Positions 21,002 to 29,700 of a DNA stretch of 64,000 nucleotides are shown piece after piece (within the stretch, counting starts at the first letter, position 1; each line of letters starts with the position of its first letter). Origin of the DNA: a virus; the IMG/VR virus record IMGVR_UViG_3300035665_003403, positions 1 through 64,000 of that record, one strand, 5' to 3'. The position numbers and the translations under genes are program-made. The notes under the pieces are model-generated. The model searched no databases. It was not told where the DNA came from and saw only the letters and a program-made list of their open reading frames with translations.

Positions 21002-22058
21002 AATCTGTTGTTTCTTTTAATTCTCTGTCAATATATTTTTTAAAAGGTAATAAATATTCTGGATACCTATTTTGACCTATCATTCTTTCTAAACCATCTA
21101 CTTTAAACCTTTGTAATACATTTTTTAATCCTCTATCTGTTTCAGATAATTCACCATCAATTAATTCATGTAATGCTTCTTTTGCTGACTCAGTTATCAT
21201 AGGGTTCAACAAATTTACTAATAAATTATTTATTTCATACAACTTATTACCTTGTACCCCGTCATTTATTCCGTTTATTATATTTGTAAGTGCTTTTAAT
21301 GGTTTTTTTTTATTAGCTAATCTAATGGTCTCCTGTTCTTTAGCTAAAATAATGATATCGTCTAGTGAAAGAACCTCCGTTTTTAAAGTTGGAAATAAAT
21401 TCAAAAGGGTTTGCAACTTAACACCCTTAACACCAACTATAGTGTCTGAAGTGTCGCCAATTATTGTTTTTATTAGTGCGGCATTTTTATAATGATAACC
21501 AAAATTATCAAAATAATTTTCAGTATCGATATACTTTTTTAAATCACAAAAATAAATTCTTACATTAGGTGAAATGAGCTGACACATATCCCTATCGTTT
21601 GTACATATAGTTATGTTTTCCTCATCTTGCTTTAAGCCACAATAATATGCGATAAAATCGTCAGATTCAACTACATTATCTTGTAATTGTCTAATGAATA
21701 AATCTTCTAAATAATTTCTTATTATAGCTTGTTGTTCTACTTCTGATTGTTCCTTTGGTTGACTACCGTTAATATAGTCCTTACCCCTACCACTCTTGTA
21801 TGGTTCATAAATTAAATACCTTAATTTACCAGAAAATTCACCATCCCAAAACGCAAATACCTTATGGTATAAGGTTTCGTTCATTAGTTTTCTTAATACA
21901 GTTAGGAATTGATATACACCACCTATTGGTTTACCAAAATGATTATACTCATCTTTTGCACCATAAAATCCAAATTTAAAAAGTGCATTACTATCTAGTA
22001 ATAATGTGTTTTTCTTTTCTACTATTTTTTCACCGTATCTTGGTGGACGTTTGTTCAA
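20994..22058 (-). CDS. 5'-3' exonuclease / flap endonuclease (T4 RNase H, PolA N-terminal-like)
   Basis: 354 aa, TTG start; LLLDSNAL, FWDG, YEPYKSGR, VESDDFIA, TNDRDMCQL, IGDTSDTIVGVKGV. Confidence 0.92.
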   Translation of the reverse strand: MNKRPPRYGEKIVEKKNTLLLDSNALFKFGFYGAKDEYNHFGKPIGGVYQFLTVLRKLMNETLYHKVFAFWDGEFSGKLRYLIYEPYKSGRGKDYINGSQPKEQSEVEQQAIIRNYLEDLFIRQLQDNVVESDDFIAYYCGLKQDEENITICTNDRDMCQLISPNVRIYFCDLKKYIDTENYFDNFGYHYKNAALIKTIIGDTSDTIVGVKGVKLQTLLNLFPTLKTEVLSLDDIIILAKEQETIRLANKKKPLKALTNIINGINDGVQGNKLYEINNLLVNLLNPMITESAKEALHELIDGELSETDRGLKNVLQRFKVDGLERMIGQNRYPEYLLPFKKYIDRELKETTDYE

Positions 22059-22084
22059 AACATTTTAATTAAATGGTTAATAAC

Positions 22085-23167
22085 TCAATCTTCTTGTCTA
22101 CCATCTGGTTCTTTAGTGATATTAAAATCATCAATCGAAGCATCCAAATGAGATAAAATATGTGATTTATATTTTGTCTTGTATTCTTCTAATTTATCTG
22201 GATTCCAATAACCGTGTGGTGTGGATGCAATAACACCTTTCTTTTCAATACCATTAACGTGATTTTTTTCGCATCTTACTTTTGTTTCAGTACCATATTG
22301 ATATTCAAAACCTTTAGAGGTAGCTTTTAATTTTGATGTACTATGGCTTAAAATACCACCATAATGAATAATTAAACGTGGCGCACTAAAAAATGTCTCC
22401 CCGCCTTTATGTTTAACCACCTTATTTTCATTATCCAACCAAATTTGTTGAACAATAGCCAATGTATTTGTATATGGCATATCAATGCGTTTAGTATTTG
22501 GTATTCTACCGTAAACTATTGATTTAAAACAGTTACTAATTGCACCAGCAGTCCATTGATTATTACTAGCTGACTTAACAGCACCTTTAAAACAATTAAC
22601 AGAACCAACTGAATCCCAGAAAAACGCTATACTCATTGGTATTTCACCATCATCTTGTTTGTCTAATATATAATTCATAAATCTAGCTATATCTTCTACA
22701 ACTACCTCATGTCTCAATCTTTTGGTTAATGTTTTTGAAGACTCGTAATCGTAATTTTCATATTTTTGTAATAAATCATTACTATCCATAAATATGAAAT
22801 TTCCTATTTGTTTTACTTCACCAGTTTCTTCATCAACAAATTGTTCAAATTCTACACCACAATTTTTTGCGTGTTCCCAATTCCAATTACCTTCTGTTTC
22901 AAATATTACAGGTAAATCACCTATTTTTTGCGCTCCAGCAACACCTTCATATATAGCAGTTGACTTACCAGTATTAGAAAACCCTCTAAAACTCGTAAAA
23001 TAACCTCTTGGAATACCTGGAATTCCTAACGCATCAAAAAAAGCCTCAGATAATGGTATCCAACTTAATTCTTTATTTCTAACATCTCTATTTAATCCTT
23101 CAGAATCTTTAAACCCATCTAAGTCAAATGTTTTTTTCTCTATTTTTTTCTTTGGTACTTTACCCAT
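22085..23167 (-). CDS. recA: RecA/UvsX-like recombinase
   Basis: 360 aa; GIPRGYFTSFRGFSNTGKST (Walker A), FETEG, FFWDSVGS (Walker B), KGG, EKNHV. Confidence 0.85.
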   Translation of the reverse strand: MGKVPKKKIEKKTFDLDGFKDSEGLNRDVRNKELSWIPLSEAFFDALGIPGIPRGYFTSFRGFSNTGKSTAIYEGVAGAQKIGDLPVIFETEGNWNWEHAKNCGVEFEQFVDEETGEVKQIGNFIFMDSNDLLQKYENYDYESSKTLTKRLRHEVVVEDIARFMNYILDKQDDGEIPMSIAFFWDSVGSVNCFKGAVKSASNNQWTAGAISNCFKSIVYGRIPNTKRIDMPYTNTLAIVQQIWLDNENKVVKHKGGETFFSAPRLIIHYGGILSHSTSKLKATSKGFEYQYGTETKVRCEKNHVNGIEKKGVIASTPHGYWNPDKLEEYKTKYKSHILSHLDASIDDFNITKEPDGRQED

Positions 23168-23184
23168 AATTGTTTTGTATTAGG

Positions 23185-23216
23185 GAGGATAATAACTATT
23201 CCTAATTACTATCCTC
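23185..23216 (-). other. Intergenic RNA hairpin (14-bp stem, GGAA loop) between ssb and recA
   Basis: Minus strand GAGGATAGTAATTA-GGAA-TAGTTATTATCCTC pairs fully with two G:U pairs; no downstream U tract. Confidence 0.6.
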
Positions 23217-23235
23217 TTATTTATTTTACCTTAAA

Positions 23236-24126
23236 TTAAAAGGGCAAGTCATTTTCTGATTCAATAGTAACCTCAGGTTCTGAAGTTGTATTCATCATAG
23301 TTGTCTTATGTGTTTCTAATCCAGCCGTTAATTCTGATGAAAGTCTATTTTCTTCAGTTGCAGTTGCTTCTTGTGAAGCCTTAGCCACATACTTATTAAG
23401 TGTTTTATCAAACACTGGTTCACCACCAGTAACTATGATTTCCAAATAATCATAACTCTTAATAGCATAAACGTCTCTCCATGTTTTAGGGTCATTAACC
23501 CATTTATCAATAATACTTTGGTCAGCGTGTAATGGTTTTGGCATACCTGGTACAATACTTTGAATAACCGTATTTTTATTTTGGTCTTTAGCTAACATGA
23601 TAGTTAAATCAATACCATTTTGAACATCAGCAATATTTATTTGCATTGCTCTTACAATAGCCATGATTTTATCCATTGTTCCTGAATTACGATAGTCATG
23701 CTTAAATCTCCAAAACTTTGGACCAAATGCTTCATTCTCTCTATCAATAACTTTTAGAACATACATCTTTCTTGAACTGTAATTCTTAGCTAATTCTTTA
23801 TCGGCTGGTGTTCCTGTTGCTCTAAGTGCTTCATTGGCCTCACAAAACGGACATGGTTTACCTTCCATGTGTTTTAAACACATGAATGTTTTAAATTCAC
23901 CGTTAATTTTAATTGAGTGGCCATAAACTTCAACGAATGGTGTTGAACCATCTGATGGTGGTAATACTCTAACTACCTTTTGACCTGTTTCTTTATCCTT
24001 TGGAAGGAAAGTACTGAAATAATTTTCTAGATTAAAATCAGTTGTTGTTTTAGCTGTTGTTTTCGCAGTATTTTTTTCATACTGGTCTAGCATCGCTTGT
24101 AATGCTGGATTGTTTACTTCACTCAT
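23236..24126 (-). CDS. Single-stranded DNA-binding protein (T4 gp32-like)
   Basis: 296 aa; VRVLPP...PF...H, CLKHMEGKPCPFCE, LKVIDRENE, acidic tail ending ENDLPF; adjacent to RecA. Confidence 0.85.
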   Translation of the reverse strand: MSEVNNPALQAMLDQYEKNTAKTTAKTTTDFNLENYFSTFLPKDKETGQKVVRVLPPSDGSTPFVEVYGHSIKINGEFKTFMCLKHMEGKPCPFCEANEALRATGTPADKELAKNYSSRKMYVLKVIDRENEAFGPKFWRFKHDYRNSGTMDKIMAIVRAMQINIADVQNGIDLTIMLAKDQNKNTVIQSIVPGMPKPLHADQSIIDKWVNDPKTWRDVYAIKSYDYLEIIVTGGEPVFDKTLNKYVAKASQEATATEENRLSSELTAGLETHKTTMMNTTSEPEVTIESENDLPF

Positions 24127-24169
24127 TTGTTAATGTTTAATTTGAATGTTATGTTATGTTTAATTGACA

Positions 24170-24199
24170 CAAATGTAATCTTTTTTTTAAAAAAGTCAA
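24170..24199 (-). promoter_or_regulatory. Bacteroidota-type housekeeping promoter for the ssb-recA-exo-dnaB-nrd operon
   Basis: Minus strand TTGACT-N16-TACATTTG, i.e. TTG-N19-TAnnTTTG, about 45 bp upstream of the ssb start. Confidence 0.7.
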
Positions 24200-24259
24200 T
24201 ACCCTGTTTCTAATTATTTCAACAAACTTACTACTTTTTTTTTTATTAAAAACATAATC

Positions 24260-24296
24260 AAAAAAAAAAAGACTAATTTCTTAGTCTTTTTTTTTT
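24260..24296. terminator. Intrinsic terminator, potentially bidirectional
   Basis: A11-GACTAA-TTTC-TTAGTC-T10, immediately after the stop of the 238-aa gene. Confidence 0.75.
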
Positions 24297-25011
24297 AAAT
24301 ATCTTCTTCTTCATACCCAACATCGAAACTTCTTTTTATTTCGCTATCGCTATATGTTCTATTGATATCATCCTTTGTTAACACATATTCTTTTTTCTTA
24401 TCAACATTCATAACATCATACTGACCTTCTTTTTCGGACCAAAAATCAGTTAATTTCAATGAATATGGGAAAGAATTTAATGAACGCATTTCCATTTTCT
24501 CAACTGGTGTTGGTGTTCTTTTGATTACTTCTTTTTCTAAATCCTGAATCTTTTTTCCTAATTTATCAACCTTGTCAACCTTTTGTAGTAACTCAGTAAA
24601 TTTATTTAATAAATCAGATGCTTTTTGATTGCTTTCATCAGCAATTTGTTTTACTTCATTGTTTGAATTAACCAATTCTGTTACATCCAACTCAATTGAA
24701 TCATCTTGTGGTGGTGCTGGTGGTGCAACTGGTTCTGGTGTTGGCTCTTTAGCTGGTTCCTCCATGTTTTCTTCACCACCCTCAGAATCATCAACACCTA
24801 ATTCAGACGCTACTGAATCTAATTCAGCATCCATATTATCTTCACCACCCTCTGAATCTTCTGGTTTATCTTCAACTGGTTCATCAGCCTCTGTCATTTC
24901 AGAACCTAGGATTAAATCTTTATCACCAGTATAGAAATCATATTCACAAAGAAGCTTGAATTTATTCTTGAATGAAGATATTTCTTCATTTGTTAATGTT
25001 CTTTTCTTCAT
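24295..25011 (-). CDS. Acidic, coiled-coil hypothetical protein (possible head-assembly or internal protein)
   Basis: 238 aa; basic N-terminus, D/E/P-rich linker with internal repeat (DSEGGEDNM / DSEGGEENM), coiled coil, SLNSFPYSLKLTDFW. Confidence 0.6.
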   Translation of the reverse strand: MKKRTLTNEEISSFKNKFKLLCEYDFYTGDKDLILGSEMTEADEPVEDKPEDSEGGEDNMDAELDSVASELGVDDSEGGEENMEEPAKEPTPEPVAPPAPPQDDSIELDVTELVNSNNEVKQIADESNQKASDLLNKFTELLQKVDKVDKLGKKIQDLEKEVIKRTPTPVEKMEMRSLNSFPYSLKLTDFWSEKEGQYDVMNVDKKKEYVLTKDDINRTYSDSEIKRSFDVGYEEEDI

Positions 25012-25193
25012 TAGATTAGTAATTGTCTTCCGTCTTCAACTATTATTTTTTTAGAAACTCTTTCCAAGATACTCTTATCTTCTTTGATTCGGCATTCTTC
25101 AGTGTTACATTCTAATTCATTTACTGGCGTTTCACCTAATAAATTCTCTAAATTAGATTTTAAATTTTTATCCTTATTTTCGTTTGTATTCAT
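25011..25193 (-). CDS. Small hypothetical protein
   Basis: 60 aa; stop overlaps the next ATG; TATTTAT motif upstream. Confidence 0.6.
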   Translation of the reverse strand: MNTNENKDKNLKSNLENLLGETPVNELECNTEECRIKEDKSILERVSKKIIVEDGRQLLI

Positions 25194-25224
25194 AAAGTTT
25201 TTTATTATAAATACATAGAAAACT

Positions 25225-25626
25225 CTAAAAAATCCTACTTATAGGTGAAATAGATAGATTACCTTTTGATGTGAGAATGATATTATTTTGGTATTTTGAC
25301 CAATCTATGATTATCTTAGAGTTGTCTACATTGCCATAATTATCATTACCAATATTAGATATTAATTTATTTAATGCATTAATAGTGTAAAGTGTATCAC
25401 CATGTTTATGAATTGGTATCGCATTATTTAACTCACTTTTGAAATTAAACCTGTCTGAAGGTGATAAAAATAACTTATATGTTAGAATATTAATGTTAGA
25501 TGTTTCTAACATCTTATAGCAAAAAATATCTTTTATATTAATATTATACTGTGAACCTAACTTACTAATAAAATTATCTAAATCATTTGATTTAACAAAT
25601 GACGCTAACAATATTTTTTTCTTCAT
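25225..25626 (-). CDS. Hypothetical protein (TLYTINALN motif)
   Basis: ORF 25225..25638; the ATG at 25626 (MKKKILLASF) is the more plausible start. Confidence 0.6.
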   Translation of the reverse strand: MKKKILLASFVKSNDLDNFISKLGSQYNINIKDIFCYKMLETSNINILTYKLFLSPSDRFNFKSELNNAIPIHKHGDTLYTINALNKLISNIGNDNYGNVDNSKIIIDWSKYQNNIILTSKGNLSISPISRIF

Positions 25627-26212
25627 TTTCCTTTCCAATTATATGTGGTAAATACCTTATTTTTTCATCAAGCCAATCAATGTGATGCTTATACTCCATA
25701 AGTATTTCTTCATTAGTCAAAAAAACGTTACTATGCTTTTTTATTTTAAAAATTAATTTATCATAATCATATTTCATATATGTTATAAAATTTTTATTTA
25801 ATCCAAATATGAACTTATCACAACCAATATAAACCATATCTTCAATAATACAAGAAATTATCTTACCAGATGATAATATTTTTCGAACAATACGATATAT
25901 TGTTTTTTTATCTAATAATAAATTATCTATGAAATAATATTTAACATCACAAATAATTGAATTATAGCAATAATCTGTGAATTCATATAAATCAACATCA
26001 AATATACTTCTCTTTTCAAACTTATTAAAAGTCCAAAATAACTTATCGGTTAATTTCTTATTAAAAATGCTATAATTCGGTAGCTTTTTAGCTAATTCCC
26101 AACCAATTACCAATGTTGGTAACTCATTCTCAATCGATTCAAGTGAATCATAATAATTGAAGTATTTTACCTGGTTTATCTTAGAAGTTGTAACTATATT
26201 GCCTATTATCAT
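25592..26212 (-). CDS. Hypothetical protein
   Basis: 206-aa ORF with TAAGTTTG 4 bp upstream of its ATG. Confidence 0.6.
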   Translation of the reverse strand: MIIGNIVTTSKINQVKYFNYYDSLESIENELPTLVIGWELAKKLPNYSIFNKKLTDKLFWTFNKFEKRSIFDVDLYEFTDYCYNSIICDVKYYFIDNLLLDKKTIYRIVRKILSSGKIISCIIEDMVYIGCDKFIFGLNKNFITYMKYDYDKLIFKIKKHSNVFLTNEEILMEYKHHIDWLDEKIRYLPHIIGKENEEKNIVSVIC

Positions 26213-26231
26213 CCAACAAACTTACTACTTT

Positions 26232-26726
26232 TTATTGACTTTTTTTAGATTTTTTATCGTAAATATCTAAGGCTTCCAAATAAATTCCATGTAAATCATC
26301 TATTTTCTTAACCTTAAAACTAGTCCAAGTGTTTTTTAATGAGTCTATAACTTTCTTAAAATCAGTGTCTTTATTTTTTTTTAAGAGCTTTTTATTGATG
26401 CCACCTATTTTTTTATTTATTAATTTAACCCCAGCAATATCTTGGTTTCTTTTTGTTAATGGGGTGTTTTTATCATCATTCATTCCAACCCAAGTTGGAT
26501 ATGTGAATTGATAACGACCAGCTGCCGTAGTGAAAATTGCTGTTCCGTCTTTCTTCTCACCAATTTTATACTTCCAACCACCATTTTGATGAGTTATTGT
26601 GGTATTAGGTTCCCAACCAATAATTGTTCTAAACCCATATAATAGGTCATAACCATTTTGTGATACACCCAATGTTCCTTCCGCATAGGCAATAACATCC
26701 AATAGTGCTTTTTCTTCGTTTGTCAT
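26232..26726 (-). CDS. Lambda-R-like lysozyme / lytic transglycosylase (GH104-type)
   Basis: 164 aa; ALLDVIAYAEGT...GYD...TTAAGRYQFTYPTW...NQD...LKNTWTSF. Confidence 0.88.
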   Translation of the reverse strand: MTNEEKALLDVIAYAEGTLGVSQNGYDLLYGFRTIIGWEPNTTITHQNGGWKYKIGEKKDGTAIFTTAAGRYQFTYPTWVGMNDDKNTPLTKRNQDIAGVKLINKKIGGINKKLLKKNKDTDFKKVIDSLKNTWTSFKVKKIDDLHGIYLEALDIYDKKSKKSQ

Positions 26727-26727
26727 A

Positions 26728-29700
26728 TTAAATATCTATGGCTCCTAATCCTTTTGTTGTATTATTTGGTATTTTGGCTACTGGACCGACAGACCCTTGA
26801 TTTGTATTAGGGATTGGTGCTACACTATTACCATTTGCTATTGAATCCCTTACACTTTCTGGTACATTAAATTGTATGTGAATGTGACTATCATGCCCTT
26901 CTAAACAATTAACCCATTTTTTACCCTTATAATCTTTAAATGTTTTTATAATTTCAGGGTCATTAAACCAAATTCTACCAATAGCACCAGTACTAAAGGT
27001 TAACGAAGTATCAATTATGGTTTGAATTAATGTCTTAGTACCTTCAAAGCTATAATTTGGATTACCATAACTTGTTGGATTGTCAGACCCATCATTTGTT
27101 ATTGGTCTAATATCCGCTTCACATCCAGTTTGATGGCCACCATACACTGGTCTTGTTTTTCCTTCAAAGTTTGATAAGCTAGTTATTGTTATGTAATCAA
27201 TATAGCTAGTGTTTGTTGCGGTTAATCTCCATTGATTAGCTATTGCTTCCAATAACTTACCATTTTTTTCAATCATCCACTTTTCATTCAAGCCTAATTT
27301 AAATCTTAATGCATCTGATTTAGGTGAATAATTCACATATGGTGATGCTTTTCTTGAATCTTCTAATTTAAATAAATCCAATTCTGCACCTATTGGTTGT
27401 TCTAATGTTATGTTACAACTTGATTTAGTGCCATGTCCCCCCTCTGTTTCATTATTTGTTGAATCAAAATTTAGATTTAATAAATCTGGGTTGTTAGTCA
27501 ATGCTGCTAACCAACTCATATATAACTTTTTCTTATCAATCAACGGTGTTTCTACTGCTCTAAGTCTAACACCAGTAAATTGTGTTGTCATATGATTAGG
27601 TTTGATGCTATGAGTAACTTTATTTATCAAATAAGCACCTCTAAACATAGGTATATTATCCAATTGGAAATACATCATGGGTTGAATCATCGCATTGCCA
27701 AGCATTTCAACTGAAGCCTTATAAGCTCTGGTTTGATATACATTAAAAAGATTTTGACCAACAAGTGTTTGACTTGTTTGCATACCATTCTTACTTATAT
27801 CATCTTGAATTCTTAAAGATTCTTCAGTTTCAGTGAACTCTGTTTGAGATAAATTTATGTTTTTAAAAATATTCTGATTTTGACGACCAAAACCAACTTT
27901 AAATACGGATATAGGGTCACCACCGTTTGTCTCATTAATAAAATCTGATGGTATACCTTCTGGTTTGTCACAATCAAAATTAAACCCATCATTACTAAAA
28001 TTTGAACCTGTTAAATCCAATTTGTTTGATGTTTGTCCAATATACATACACACAAAAGATGGTCCACTAACAACATCATCAACAATTTCATTGAATGGGT
28101 AAGGTTTAAATACATTTACCATTTCTTCTTCATCTCTAAAGTTAATAAATGATGGTAGCGGTATAAAATCGAAATTATTCGCTGTTAACAACCTACTAAG
28201 TGTATCAGCAAATGATACGTTTTCATTTTTAAATAAAATATCTTTAAAAATCAAAGGATTTAATAAAAAGTCATTTCCAATATCAGTAAAACTTCTGTTA
28301 ATAAATCTAAAATTTTTTATTAATTCTTTGCTTTCTGGTGTCCCACATTGGAATACTATATCATCCCCGCTTTCGCTACCAGCAATCCATTTATCATATA
28401 TCGCTTTAAAATGCCTATATATGTTTAGTTTTATAATCCCTAAATCTGATGTTCCAAATATATTATTACGTTTCTCATTTTGATTTACTACAGAAGTTGA
28501 TTCGGTGTATAAACTTTGATATGTTTGTGTAAACTTATTTAAATACTTATTTACATAATCAATCTTTGCTGATATTGGTTTGTAAATATCACCATTTGTT
28601 ATTGGGGCATACCAAATATCACTAGTTGAATTTGCAATCCAAACTGTTTTATTTAATAAAGTTTTGATTGATATAACAACATTTGAATCATCTTTAATCT
28701 CTAAGAAAAACCCATTATTTCCAATGTAATTATATAATTGGTCATCTGGGGCTTGTAGGTGTAAATTATAAGCTCTTCTACTATATTGTCCATTCTTACC
28801 AAGCCCATATAATGGTGATATTGTTGAATATTTATCCGTATTGATAAGGTTATTTATTACATCACCATGATTTAATTGCCAATAAAAAGTTTTATCATCT
28901 TTTACCTTTGGGTAGGTTGGTAATATTGTTGAGCTAGCGTCTATTGGTTTTTTTAATATATTTGTTTGGCCTTGTGTAACTAATGAAATTAATAGAGCAT
29001 GTTTAGTTATTAATTTATTTGCGTCACCATCAATAATTTCTAAGTCTTTTGAAATATTGTCGAAATCATATTTAACAAAATCTAAAAATTGTAGAATAAA
29101 CTCATTAACAACTTGTGTTGGTAAATTCATTAATTCATCATCTAAATTAACATAATCACCACCCTCAATGAATGACATTGGGCTATTTGAAAAATATTTT
29201 CTGAGGTATTGGTTAGTGGCTGGTATTCCACCTTTAATTAATGGAGTATTTTTAAATTTAAAATTAATTGGGTCTACTGCACTAGTTTTTTGCCCCACGA
29301 ATTCTGAACCACTAAACTTTCTCCATAATAACCCACCAACAAATGCAGCCCATAATTTGGGTGCGTTGATTAAAGCTCCACCATTTAAAAATATATTTTT
29401 AATCTCAGGTTGTGAAAATAAACCAACATTATTGGCATGTCTTTCAATCATACCATTAAATGGTATTGTATGTAAAAATAAAAACGATTTTGCCTCTTTT
29501 GATGTTTGATTATAATATAATGAACTACCGAATAAGCTAATACAAGCTGTATCATCTTTATCGTCACTTGTTCCAACCTCAAATGAAATATATGGGTAAC
29601 TTGATGCTTGGGTTGTTAAGTGCTTTCTGGTTTGAGATAAACTACCCCTTGTTTTATAATTTGAACTTTTATATGTGTAAGCCCAATCTGATACAAAGAA

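Noticed and set aside
15748-23167. Inteins or group I introns in nrdA, nrdB, dnaB, recA
   Set aside because: Protein lengths are normal and catalytic motifs are contiguous, with no splice-junction motifs seen.
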